Assembly (NCBI GenBank): GCA_905331295.1
Contig: CAJNYD010000052.1
Location: forward strand, 1 to 64,000
Direction of reading: 5' to 3'
Length of the DNA: 64,000 nucleotides
Source of the DNA: Rotaria socialis
Lineage: Eukaryota
Below the pieces are notes generated by a model. It searched no databases, was not told the DNA's origin, and saw only the letters and a program-made list of their open reading frames with translations. How positions within the stretch are numbered: position 1 is the first letter of the stretch; the number at the start of each line of letters is the position of its first letter. Below are positions 48,809 to 62,619 of this stretch, one piece after another. A program made the translations under genes and the position numbers.

Positions 48809-50650
48809 AATTGTATGATTATTATTCTTCCTTTACGCTATTGTATAGATAATATTTGGGTCCTATTATATTCATACTAATTCACTGCCTCTACTCTTCA
48901 AATCGAGTTAATCTCTGCTCATATCTTTAGTGAAAAAAATACATGGGATAGAGAGTGAAGAGAGCTTGTTTTTCAAATTATTAGTCAGACGTTTAATGAA
49001 GTTGTTGATTTTTCGTCATTTTATTGCATAGATTTTTCATAACTATTGAATTCATCTATTGATATTGAACGACGATAAGCTGGATCAATTATAATACTTG
49101 AATCAATACCTTTATTTGTATTATACGAGTCAATATCATGCATATCAAATGACATATTAAGCATAGAGAGAGAGAGAGAGAGAGCATATTTAGTTAATAT
49201 GACTTCGAACGGTAAACGATTCATGAATCTACTTTAGATCAAATGCTAAAAAGAACGAGCTTAGAGCAAAAGAAATCACTTAGACGAATAACATCCATTA
49301 GCTTGAATGTTTATAATTGACTTACGCCAGAGGAAGTAAAAAACAACTTGATTTATTATCGACGACAACAGCTTGAAAGTATTATTAGAATAGTTAATGA
49401 ATCTACAACTTGATTCATCTGTATTGAATTTGAAATGTTGTTGTTTACATTTATCATCCTAGAATATCCCTGTAAACAATGTCTTGATAAGCTTTAAAGA
49501 ACTTTTCAAGGACGTATTTCTTACAACTTAGAGTAAGTGTTGATTTTTACGTCTATCCGATGACAAAGCAATGTTCTGTTCTCCAGTTACCGTTCCCATT
49601 TTGTACTGATATCGAGAATATCATTATGACATATCATCAGTATACAATCTGCATTGCATACAAATTCATCTATTATGAAACAATTGATGGGAAACGAAAG
49701 AGATGGATGTCATAAAAATGTCTGTTGTGTTCTCGCTTTTCTATTTCTTACTAATGACCCATGTATTGCATGGATCGCTTTCGTATGATCATCATCTGAT
49801 GATAAATGGTAATAATAAAAAATACTGTTTTTTCTCTTCTAATTTATTATTGAAAGAAGACTGGCAATTGTTTTTCCTACCGTACATTCTGTCAATGGTC
49901 CTATATATTGATAAAAACAATTTGTTTGGTGAAACAGCGACATTTTAAGATTATGTGGACGAATATCCAATTAAAAAATTTACAATATGCATATGTGAAT
50001 CAAATCAATTCGCTGGCACATCTGCATTCTTTTTCTTTTCTATTTCCAGGGATCAAACTGTTGTTCTGTAAAGTGACAATCAGTCTACCGGAATCTGACT
50101 AATGTATGATTTGTTTTTCCTATTGAGAAATATACATTTGATTATTGTTTTCATGAAAAAACTTTTTGTATTTTAATCAGTATCAATATTTTTGAGTCTG
50201 TTATACGGAAATGTTGTGAACGTTAGGGTTCGCGATAAACTAGATTTTCATATATGAGCTAATAGTGAAAAAGTAAAAGACATTGGAAGTTCTTAAATTA
50301 CTTAGAACTATGTGGTCTGCAAGGCGATTGAGAGTTTCTTTTATAGTGTTAGTTACTTATTTCAAGCAGTCATATTTGTCTTGACTTTATGCAAAACGAG
50401 AAACTCGTCGACGATATAAACCGGCGAATACACGGTGGTAACAATTATACTAAAAAATATTTAAAGAATTTTATAATATTGAAGTGAGAAAAAACGACTT
50501 AACTGCAAAAATATCAACATATAATCTGCATCCTCATTTCATGATGAAAATGTGCTTGTGCCGAAACGACCATTCAATTGTGCACGAGTGCATTGGCACA
50601 TCCCTTGTTTGTTTGGTTGACATTCTCAAGTTGTGTGGCTTGTCAACAAG

Positions 50651-50875
50651 ATGGAAAATCGTTTTTTTTTTGTTCTTCTTTCTTTTATTCTGGTCGAAAG
50701 CTTATCAATCGGAAACATCATTAGTCTTAAGCGGCAAAGAAGGACAATTGATACATTGTTGCTTATTGATACTACGACTAATCGAGCAGAGCAACGACAT
50801 CTGGTCATATTATACCGTAAAGGCGCTTGCAAGGTCATCAAAACGACGCGTAAAATTACTCGTCGTACAGGCTAG
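50651..50875 (+). CDS. Possible small secreted pro-peptide, 74 aa
   Basis: Signal-like MENRFFFVLLSFILVESLS, a KRQRR furin-type site and a basic C-terminus ending in RRTG. The ATG context CAACAAG-ATG resembles that of the neighbouring myosin gene. Confidence 0.4.
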   Translation: MENRFFFVLLSFILVESLSIGNIISLKRQRRTIDTLLLIDTTTNRAEQRHLVILYRKGACKVIKTTRKITRRTG

Positions 50876-51141
50876 CAGATACAAATAGAATAGATGGAAA
50901 TAAATCCGAATAGATAAATCTCCTTTTTTGGTAATCGGTTTTTTATATTGTTTATTCCAATGCAAAGGGCTATATAAGCCATTGTCAACGAATGAAATAA
51001 GCACTTAGTAGAGAGAAATCGGGGTACATACGATCATCTATATTGAAGGCAACAAGGCATCTCTGCTATACAAATTACATCTGTTTCAACAGATCATCAT
51101 ATCTATATTTTTTTTGAATATTAACCAAGAAGACAACAATC

Positions 51142-54100
51142 ATGTCGGCCGAAGCGTATGAATAAATTTTTAAATTCTATTGAGAGAAATTTATATTGTT
51201 CCTTCTCTTTTAAGAATGTGTTACGATGCCAACGATCCAGAGTTGAAAGAAGCTTTGAGATATTTAGTTTTACCAACAGAAGAGAAATTGAAACTTCGTT
51301 CTCAACCGTTCGATGCTAAGAAAGCATGTTGGATACCTGATCCAAAGGAATCTTTTGTTGCTGGTGACATCGTCGAAGTCAAAGGCGATCAAGTAGTAGT
51401 GAAAACAGCTAAAGGAGAGGTTCGTATTTTCTTTTCAAATATGTTCATTAACAATTCTAACTTTTATTTTTTTTACTTTGTTTTTCTTACGAAGAATGTT
51501 ACATTGAAAGCAGACCTTGTGCAACAAATGAATCCGCCAAAATATTGTTGTTATGATGATATGGCTGATTTGACTTATTTGAATGATGCCTCAGTCTTGG
51601 CCAATTTACGTGACCGATACTCGCGATGGCTCATTTATGTATGTCTATTTTCTTGTTTTTCTTTGGTAATATCCTAAAATTTTATTTTTCTAGACCTATT
51701 CGGGTCTATTTTGCGTTGTCATCAATCCATACAAACGTCTACCCATTTATACCATGAAGGTAGTGTTAATGTATCGTGGCAAAAAACGTACTGAAGTAAC
51801 ACCACATTTGTACGCCATTTCTGACAATGCCTATTCTAACATGCTTCGCGGTAAGTTAAACATATCAGAATTTTATTTTTCGCGTATTATTACAAATGAC
51901 TTCGAAACAATATATTAGATCCCATCATGACAGAAAAGATTTATGTAGTTTCATCAATTATGATATTCTCCTTCGTCGATGAGAAGAGTATAGGACGTCC
52001 AAAAAGATATAGAGAAATCGGAATGTCGTGACAATTTTTCTGTATGATCTAAGTAAACTAACCACAAAGGTTTCAAATTCATAGCTTAATGGACGCTCCG
52101 TTGAATAATCTCATTTATGTATCAATCAAGAGTAACAATAACAAAATGTACTACAAATCGATAGAATAATGCCATATGCGGTTTTTGTCCACATGTAGTC
52201 AATTGAAATAATTAATGATAAACACAGCTGCTTATTTAGATAGAGATCGGGCAAGCGAAGTTAATTATTTTCCAGGGATTCCCAGACAAAGTTAGATGCC
52301 AAATACGATAACAATATGTTTAATATAGTTCGAGGCTGAAGTATCATTTAGCGAACTCGACTTTGACTTTTCCTATTTATGAAATGGGCGTGCCTCCAGC
52401 TGACAGACTGACGTCAAGCTTAACCCTCATGGTTCCGAAACAAACAAATTCTTTGAGAACAATACCTATGCTTATTTTGTTTACCATTGTATCGGTATAA
52501 CAATTATGTACAATATTGACCTGCACATGTCATTTTATTTAGATCGTGAAAATCAATCCATGTTGATTACCGGTGAATCAGGTGCTGGAAAAACAGAAAA
52601 CACCAAGAAGGTCATTCAATACTTTGCTTTGGTCGCTGCTGTCGGCACAAAGAAGGAAGAGGGCGCGGCGGTAACTAATCATTTATTTCATTTTTATTTC
52701 ATTTCAACATTGTATTCCAAATAGAAAACAATGACACTCGAAGATCAAATTGTGTCTTGCAGTAAGAAAATATTTAAAAAACATTTGTAAACTTATTCCT
52801 ATACATGCACATTTTTTGTTAAAATTAGATCCCGTACTCGAAGCTTATGGTAACGCAAAAACTACTCGAAACAACAACTCTTCTCGTTTCGTAAGTATCT
52901 GATTAAACGAAAAGAAATTCCATATTGTTTTCTTGATGCAATCTTCTTATATTTGTTAATGTTTTTTGCCCGTAAGATCACTATTCTCTCTCGTTCACTA
53001 GAAGAAAGACATGAAAGGCGGATACTATGTTTTTTGTTATTGTAAAAGACCATTTATTCAATGTATTGCATAATCGTAGAAATTTATCTAAGGAAAAAAA
53101 GATTTGTCATTGGCAAGAATCTTTTCCTCTTAGAGATAAAATTCGCTGAAACATTGCAAAAAGAGAAAAATGGATATTTTTCGTTTGAAGAAACTGACTG
53201 TACAATATATAATCTCTCTTCAGCTGATTATTGCTGATAATCATTCACGCCTTTTCTTCACCAATTTCACAATACCAACTTGACTCCAAGTACTGATTCT
53301 TCTGATTCGTAAGTAATCGAAGCTCATGTAAATTGCGTAGGTAGTGGTTGCATGCATATTGTCTCTCTAATTCATATTAGTTATATGTATTTTAATTCAC
53401 TATCTGATTGTGCTGGTGAAACATAAATGTTTGATTTGCATGCGTTCAAATTTTGTTAGAATCATGCTTCAACGTCTCTCTCTCTCTCTCTTCCTTCCTA
53501 GGGTAAATTTATTCGAATTCACTTTGGTCCAACGGGTAAAATTGCTGGTGCCGATATTGAAGTATATTTACTTGAAAAATCTCGTGTCATCTTTCAGGTA
53601 TAATTTCTTGCCATCAAAAGAATTTTTTCTATTTAATCAATTGTGTTATTTATTTCTATTCTAGCAACCAGGTAGATTTGTTTCTAGTGTTTTTTATCGG
53701 CTTATTTATGATATTTCTCATTGTAGCTGAACGTAATTACCACATTTTTTATCAAATGTGTTCGAATGCCTTCCCCGATATGCACGGTAAGTTTCGATAG
53801 TACGAATTTGAAGATTCTATTTAATTGTTAATCTATTTGTAGGCGAGTGTCTCATTGGTAATGACGCATCGAAATATTTCTACGTTGCTCAAGGCATGTT
53901 AACCATCGACGGTATTGATGATACTGAAGAAATGAAATTGACCGATGACTCTATGGATGTTCTCGGTTTCAGCAAGGTTTGTATTTTCTATTGGTAGAGA
54001 ACCTCTGAAAAAAATCACGCTTCTATTCAAAATCATAGGATGAAAAGAAAAACTTGTACAAATGTACAGCAGCTATTATGCACTTTGGTAATGGTCAATG

Positions 54101-57100
54101 GAAACAGCGACCTCGTGAAGAACAAGCTGAACCCGATGGCACTGAAGATGTTGAAAAGGTGGCCCATTTACTTGGTGTTGAAGCAGCTGATCTTCTTAAA
54201 GGTTTACTCAAGCCACGTATTAAGGTTTGAACACGCTTTACTTGGTCATTCAATAACGATTTCTTGCATTTATCTAGGTCGGTAATGAATATGTTAACAA
54301 AGGTCAAAATAAAGATCAAGTTGTCAACTCGATCGGTGCTCTTTCGAAATCGGTACGTGAAAATCTGCTATATCTATATAATAGTAATCAGAGTAATATA
54401 ACGAAATTTTTGTTTCGTGATCTATTCATCTGTTTCGAAATCTAAAAAAGACTATTTCGAATGTGATAGATGAAGAATATTGTTTTTAATTTTTGTTCTC
54501 TGGATTAATATAATGCTAATTCTTTGCTTTTTTCGTGTTAACTATATTTCTTCTTTATTAGATCTACTTTCGCATGTTTTGCTGGTTAGTCGAACGTGCC
54601 AATATGACACTCGATGTCAAAGCTAAACGTCAATATTTTATTGGTGTACTTGATATTGCTGGGTTTGAAATTTTCGACGTAAGTAATTTTTTGTTTGAAA
54701 TCGTGGGTGAAAAATTGTGAATACTCGTTTAGTTCAATGGATTCGAACAATTGTGTATTAATTACACAAACGAACGTCTTCAACAATTCTTCAATCATCA
54801 CATGTTCGTCTTGGAACAAGAAGAATACAAGAAGGAACAAATTGATTGGGTGTTCGTCGATTTCGGTATGGATTTACAAGCTTGTCTTGAACTGATCGAA
54901 AAGGTTAGTTAATTGCATTCTCTCCGATGTTTTCTATATCAATATCTTATCTTTGAATATTAGCCAATGGGTATTCTTTCGATTCTTGAAGAAGAATGTA
55001 TCGTACCAAAGGCATCAGACAAGACGTTTGTTGAAAAACTTTACAATAATCACTTGGGTAAACATTCTCAATTCGGCAAACCCAAACCTGCCAAAGGAAA
55101 AGCAGAAGCTCACTTCGAAATTCATCATTATGCAGGCTCTGTTGCCTATACGGCCACATCATGGCTTGAAAAGAACAAGGATCCCATTAATACCACTGTG
55201 TATGAATACTCGTTTGTTGTTGATCTTCGTCTTTAGAAAATGTTGATCTTATTCTAGTGCTCAACTCTTCGCCAAATCGAAGAATGTTTTGTTGAGTCAT
55301 CTCTTTGCCGATGCTCTCGAAGAGGAAGGAGGCAAAGGTGGCGGTGGTAAGAAGAAAGGAGGAGGCAGTATGCAAACAATCTCGGCTACTCATCGAGTAA
55401 GTTTCTAACATTCTTTTTTGACAATCAGTTTAACAATTATGAATGACTTTCTTAGGAACAATTGAACAAATTGATGGTCAATTTGAAACAAACGCATCCT
55501 CACTTTGTCCGATGTATTATCCCGAACGAAATCAAGACCGGTGGTGTTCTTGATTCACATTTAGTTATGCATCAATTGACATGTAACGGTGTATTAGAAG
55601 GCATTCGTATCTGTCGTAAAGGCTTTCCTAATCGTATGATCTATTCGGAGTTCAAACAACGTTACTCCATTTTGGCCCCCAATGCAATTCCAAAGGGTTT
55701 CGTTGATGCCAAGAAAGCAACAGAGAATATTCTCAAAGACAAAGATGTTATGTTAGCTGAAGACTTGTACCGTTGTGGAGTCACAAAAGTCTTCTTCAGA
55801 GCTGGAACACTCGGTCTTCTAGAAGATTTACGTGATCAAGCCTTGTCAAAGATCATTGCTGCTTTACAAGGTCAAGTTCGTGGTTATATCATGAAAAAAC
55901 AATTCAAACATATGTTGGAACAACGTTTGGCTTTGTCCGTTGTTCAACGCAATCTTCGTAAATATTTATCATTACGTAACTGGCCTTGGTGGAAACTCTA
56001 TACCAAAGTCAAACCTTTATTATCCGTGGCTCGACAAGAAGAAGATATGAAGAAACTCGAAGAAGAATCCAAAGCACTTAAAGAAGCTTTGGAAAAGGAA
56101 GAGAAATTACGCAAAGAAATGGAAGATAGTATTAATAAATTAAATAGAGGTAAAACAAAGAGCAAAAGAAGGAAATCTTGTATTTGATATTTAAACCGGT
56201 GATATTTTTCTTTAGAGAAAAAAGAACTTTATGATCAATTGGAAACAGAACGAAATGGTTCATCAGGAATGGAAGAACATCTTACACGATTGTGTATGTA
56301 AAAATATTCAAAGTGAAATTGATAACATCCTTCTTTTTTTTCTTCTCAACAGTGACTGACAAAGCCGATCTTGAACAACAAATCAAAGAGATGGAAGAAC
56401 GTTTCGGTGAAGAATCACAAGCATCGCAAGATTTGAGCAATAAGAAGAAAAAATTGGAACATGAAATGGATGGATTGAAGAAAGATATTGATGACATGCG
56501 ATTGAATTTACATAAAGCCGAGAATGAATGCAAAACACGTGATACTCAAATTCATACTCTACAAGACGAAATTGCCCATCAAGATGAATCCATTGCTAAA
56601 GTAACGCGAGAACGTAAACGTTTAGAAGAACAAAATGCCAAGACCACTGAACAATTACAAGCTGAAGAAGACAAAGTCAATCATTTGAATAAATTGAAAA
56701 CAAAACTCGAACAAACACTCGACGAACTTGAAGGTGGTTTGGAACGCGAGAAGAAAGGTCGTGCTGATCTCGATAAATCTAAACGAAAACTAGAAGTCGA
56801 CTTGAAAACATCACAAGGAAACCTCGAAGAACTCGACCGAGCACGACGTGAACTTGAAGAGAATCTCAAACGTAAAGATCAAGAAATTCAACAGATGAGT
56901 ACTCGCCTAGAAGATGAACAAGGTCAAGCAGCTGGTCTTGGCAAAAAGATAAAAGAATTACAACATCGTATTGAAGAAATGGAAGAAGAACTCGAAAGTG
57001 AACGTCAAACACGTGTAAAGACAGAAAAACAACGAGCAGATTTGGCACGTGAAATCGATGAGATGGGCGATCGATTGGAAGAAGCCGGAGGAGCAACAAC

Positions 57101-60100
57101 CAGTCAAGTTGAAATGAACAAGAAACGAGAAGCAGAACTGGCTAAACTTCGTCGTGATTTGGAAGAAGCCAATTTACAACATGAAGCCACTGCTGCTCAA
57201 CTACGCAAGAAACATCAAGATGCTGTGACTGGTAAGTTTGATCGATATGATAGACAATGATACAGGAACGATTACTCATGTCTATCACTTTTTAGAAATG
57301 GGTGAGCAAATTGATCAACTTCAAAAATTGAAAAATAAATTGGAGAAAGATAAACAAACAGCTAAATCAGCTTTCGATGATTTACATTCACAACTCGAAC
57401 ATCTTCAAAAAGGCAAAGCAACAGCCGAGAAACTGTCCAAACAAATGGAACAACAATTAGGTGAAATGCAAGCCAAGATTGATGATCATGCCAGACAAAT
57501 CAATGAACTTCATCAAAAGAAATCAAAATTAACCAGTGATAATTGTGAATTAGTCAAACAATTCGAAGATATCCAAATTCAGATCATTTCAATAACCAAG
57601 ATCAAAATTACTTTACAAACACAACTTGATGAAACTAAACGAATACTCGAAGACGAATTGAGAAGCAAGGGACCAATGAGTAAGTTTCGGATAATATTTC
57701 TTTTACTTCTCAATAATTAACTAATTTCTTTGTTTAGGTTCCCAATTACGTAACTTAGCTGCTGATCTTGAACAAGCACGAGAGCAACTCGACGAAGAAC
57801 AACAAAGCAGAGCTGAATTTCAAAAATTAGTCATCAAACTTACTTCAGAAGTTCAACAATGGAAATCACGCTATGAATCCGAAGGTCTAATTGATATAAA
57901 TTTCATATCTCACTTTTGTATTCTATGCATATCGTTATTCTACAGGCATAGCCCGCGGAGAAGAACTCGACGAAGCCAAACGTAAATTGGCATCGAAATT
58001 GTCTGAAGCAGAAGAACAAGTCGAAGCAGCCATATCCAAATGTAATGCATTAGAAAAAGTGAAAATTCGTCTTCAAGGCGAAGTTGAAGATCTTATGGTT
58101 GATGTAGAACGTGCCAACTCTAGTGAGTTCATATTTAATTACAGAAGCAACGCATAGTGGGTGTCGTTCTCTCTTTAGATGCATCATCCATGGATAAGAA
58201 ACAGAAACAATTCGACAAATTAATCAACGAATGGAAACAGAAATGTGAAGATATCAGTATTGAACTTGAAAATTCACAAAGGGAATCACGATCATTCTCA
58301 ACTGAATTGTTTAAAATCAGAGTTCAATATGAAGAATCATATGAACAAATTGATGCTTTACGCAAAGAAAACAAGAACTTGGCTGAAGAAGTCAAGGTAC
58401 ATAATTGCTTATTTTTTGACGTTGATTGGAAATTATTTCTCTTTGTTGTTCTGTTCAGGATCTTAGCAGCCAATTGACCGATGGCAGCAAAGAGTAAGTG
58501 TTGAATTTACAGAAATATCTTTAAATTTAACTAAAATATCTTTTGTTATTTTATTATTCAAGTGTTCATGAAATTCAAAAAGCTCGTAAACATGCTGAGT
58601 TGGAAAAAGAAGAAATGCAAACTGCTTTGGAAGGAGCCGAATCAGCTCTTCAACAAGAAGAAGCTAAAGTATTACGTGTTCAATTGGAATTGAGTGTCGT
58701 CCGACAAGAAATTGAACGACGCGTTCACGAGAAAGAAGAAGAATTCGAAAACACTCGTCGAAATCATGCACGTGCTCTCGATTCCATGAGTGCCAGCTTA
58801 GAAAGCGAAACCCGTGCAAAAATTGAAGCATTGAAACAGAAGAAGAAACTCGAATCAGACATCCACGAACTTGAAGTTGCTCTTGATCATTCAAATCGTA
58901 GTAACACCGACTTACAGAAATCATTCAAACGATTACAAGTGAATATTTCCGAGTTACAAATACAATTCGAAGAACTACAGCAACAACGTGATGGAGCTAA
59001 TGAACTTGCTTTGGCAGCTGAACGTCGTGCCAGTGGTATGATTGCTGAATTAGAAGAATTACGATCAGCTTTGGAACAAGCCGAACGAGCTCGCCGATCA
59101 GCTGAGAGTGAATTGCACGAAGCTGCTGATCGCATCAGTGAAGTTTGTACAATTAATGCTAACATATCTTCACAAAGACGGCAATTGGAATCAGCAGTTT
59201 CGTCCATGGAAGCTGATTTGAATGAAGCTATCAGTGAATTGAAACGTAGCGAAGAAATATCCAGGAAAGCTTGTAAGTAACATTGATAGGTAGAATTCAT
59301 GACTCATATTGAGATTATTTCAGCTACTGACGCTGCTCGTGTCACCGAAGAACTACGTCTAGAACAAGAACATGCTTCTAGTGTTGAACGATTACGTAAA
59401 GGTCTTGAAGTACAAATTAAAAACCTTCAAACTCGTCTCACTGAGGCCGAAAGTAATGCATACAAAGGTGACAAACGTGTCATGGCCAAACTTGAATTAC
59501 GCGTATGTTGTTAAGTGAATCTCAAACGAAAAAAAGATCTGCTTTTTTTGTCTAGATTCATGAATTAGAGGCTGAAAATGAAGCAGAACAACACAGTCAT
59601 CAAGAAACACTCAAGGAATTACGTAAAAATGATCGTCGATTGAAAGAAATCGCCTTTCAAGCTGAAAGTGATCGTAAACATCAATTGCATTTACAAGATC
59701 TTGTTGAGAAATTACAAAGTAAAATCAAAGTCTACAAACGACAAGTTGAAGAAACTGGTAAGTACTTTTGATATCTACAGCTTGTTGTATAAAACAAAGA
59801 CTTACTATTGTTCAGAGGAAATTGCTACACTCAATTTGGCTAAATATCGCAAGAGTCAACTTGAACTCGGTAGGTTGAGAAACGATAAATGAAAAAAATG
59901 ACTATGATAGATATTGTATTACAGAGGAATCGGCTGAACGCACAAATATTGCCGAATCTCAACTTGGAAAGTTTCGCATCAAAACTCGCTCAACTGTCAG
60001 TGTTGGTCGCGTCGGTGAATCAGTAAGCAACTTTTTTTTCTTATTCGCAGAATAATCATCTACATCGTTCTTTTCGTTTTCTAGCACGAACACCATGAGT

Positions 60101-60156
60101 CAACAATTGTTCGATCTGCATCCGCCATCCGTTCAAGCTCAGTTCGTCCACGTTAA
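51142..60156 (+). CDS. Mhc: Myosin II heavy chain (striated-muscle type), multi-exon
   Basis: GESGAGKT P-loop, [52 protein letters not shown] and a long coiled-coil rod. Ends ...SSVRPR with TAA at 60154..60156. Confidence 0.97.
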
Positions 60157-60932
60157 AGAACATTCTAGGATCCTTATGTATCTTTGTAGTTCGTTTGCTC
60201 ATGTTTTTCGATCAGTATGATGTGACCCTTCACGTGTTGCCTTGTCTTTCTCGTTGCACTTTCTGCTAAATATTTTATGAAATAAAGAACGACTATTAGA
60301 ATTAATATTCCATGTTCGGACAAAAACCTATTTACATTTTGCTATATTGGCTCATTTAAAAAAAAACTAAATGCAAAAGAAAACTGAACGGTTAGAATTG
60401 GTGTTTTTTAATAATTATCTATTCTTCGATTCTGATTGTATTCATGTTTTATTGTGGCAGAAAAAATCTCTCATGGAGTTTAATTTTAACAATTAAAATT
60501 TAAGAATATGTCGTTGTTTTCTCTAACTTCTTCAAACGGTGAAGATACTAGTTTATCACAAATTTTCTTCAGTATTTACTATTTTTACTATGTTTCATAG
60601 CGCACTTGTCGTTCTGACTAGTTGAATAATCTTCCATACATATACTATAAACATTGTAAAATTTCAATAGATCAATGCATTTTTGTTTTTAATTCTGCCA
60701 ACAGTAACTCTATGTTTGAATTTACATTAGCTACTGACAATAAATAATTTCTTTCTCTTTCTCATGTAAGTTTTCGACAAGCATACGTTAATTTACTTAG
60801 TTGGAGAAAAATATTCCACGTTACTTTTTCAATGATTTCATGCAACTGCTCAACTTCCTAGCGAAGAAACGCCAATTTAATTTTATCTTGCCACTGAAAA
60901 ATAGTTTGTCATTGATTCAAACTTTTGAAGTT

Positions 60933-62600
60933 ATGTCGATACTACACATTCTGTTATTTTTCATGTACTGCCTTTCAATCTATAGTGATTATTCATTATA
61001 TCATACCGATATTCATGAGCTGTCTAATCTAGACTTCGATTGTTTATATGCTTATTTAGTTGATGGTGGCAGAGAAATAGGTGGAAGTTATATTCGTAAT
61101 TATCATTTAATTCCATACTGTAGACGTCCTGATAATGATAAAGAATTGGAACAAGAATCTCATCTTAACCATGAGAATATAGCGCAACGGATAAGTTTTG
61201 ATGAATTGAGAAAACGCAATGTCACAAGTGAACAATTACTCGCCTGGCTTGCACCAATTGATGTTGCAGAAAAATATGAAATGAATAATGATGGTTCAGA
61301 TATTTTTTATCAATGCAAATCACCATGGTTTGGTCCTATGTGTCAATATAAATTCGGTCATAGTGTATCGATATCGTTCAGTGATATTGTTGAAGCTACT
61401 TTTAACAATTATTCGAAAATCATTGAAAATGTTACGACAGGTTCTTGCTATAGATTCTTAGATAATTGCAACCAAGAATTGTGGCCTCGATGTCTCGATT
61501 GGCGAGAAATTTGTGATGGGAAAACTGATTGTTTGAATGGAGAAGACGAACGTTGGTGTGATCAATTAGATATGACTAAATGCAGCGATCTTGAATATCG
61601 ATGTCATTACGGTGGTCAATGTATTCCAGCAGAATTTGCTAAAGACAACAGAATAAGTATTGATTGTCTAGATGGTAGCGATGAGCAAGAGGAGCATTTT
61701 CAATTTAGTTGGTTGATCTATCCCCAGTGTACGAATATTCAAACATTTCAATGTCAGGAACGTACTACTCGATACCCTTTCTCGTTCTCATGTGGTGATG
61801 GTCAATATTTATCGTCCTTTGATTTGCCTAATCTCATACGTAGCTGTTCGAATTATCGAGATATAGAATTCTCACGTTCAATCCTTACTTCGCTAGATCA
61901 TATCTCAAACATTGACTGTCGTGATGCATTTCTATGTGCTATGTACTCCAATCGAACACAAAATACAGGTAAGCATATATTTAGAGAAAGAAAATAAAAC
62001 TGATGAGTATATGAAAATCACTGTTCTCTTGTATTCAATCGATCACTTAAGAGAATATACCGAATAATCTCCAATTTTCAGTTTTTAAAGCTTATTAAAA
62101 GTCTTCATTTTTCAAGTGTTAGAATAAAGTTATATGAGACAATCTCACTAAACCAAATGATTCATTTTAGGGCAGCCTAATCCTGCAGACCTAGGACCGT
62201 TTGAATCGATTATTGATCATGTTTGGGATGAAGGCTGTCAACCGTTATCTCAGCATTGCATGATGGAATGGATCGTCATACCCGAAAATCCGACAATGTT
62301 TGGATTTTTTCAATTCGTTTATTTGACAAATCGATCGACAAGTGAATTTCAAGCAAGTCCTGCACCTGATTTTATTTGTTTCGATGCACAACGATGTCCT
62401 GTATTATTGGCTACGATCACCTCCATTAATATAGTTAATGGTCTTACATGTTGCCATATTTCTAATCTAATAGAATATGTCGAATATATGGACTTTTATC
62501 AATTACTATCAACGTTCCTGAATTTTGGTCGTAAATGTTTGAAGACAAGTGTAGAGAAATCATGTATTAATGCATCTTATTTTCACTGTAATGAATCTTA
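60933..62600 (+). pseudogene. 5' part of a large secreted/receptor protein with EGF and LDL-receptor class A repeats (exons 60933..61968 and 62171..about 62600), abruptly truncated
   Basis: Signal peptide, CKSPWFGPMCQY, CLDWREICDGKTDCLNGEDE and CHYGGQCIP...DCLDGSDE. Ends within a Cys repeat (YFHCNES). Confidence 0.75.
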
Positions 62601-62619
62601 TTGTACTGAAAACAATACT

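Noticed and set aside
49021..49700. Minus-strand exon-like fragments around an (AG)n microsatellite
   Set aside because: Multiple stops and no recognisable motif; a gene model cannot be supported.
51851..53501. Long myosin introns as possible sites of mutually exclusive exons
   Set aside because: No duplicated exon-like sequence was recognised in them.
56282..59300. Minus-strand Ser/Arg-rich ORFs such as 58887..59300 and 56681..56869
   Set aside because: They are antisense shadows of the myosin coiled-coil exons.
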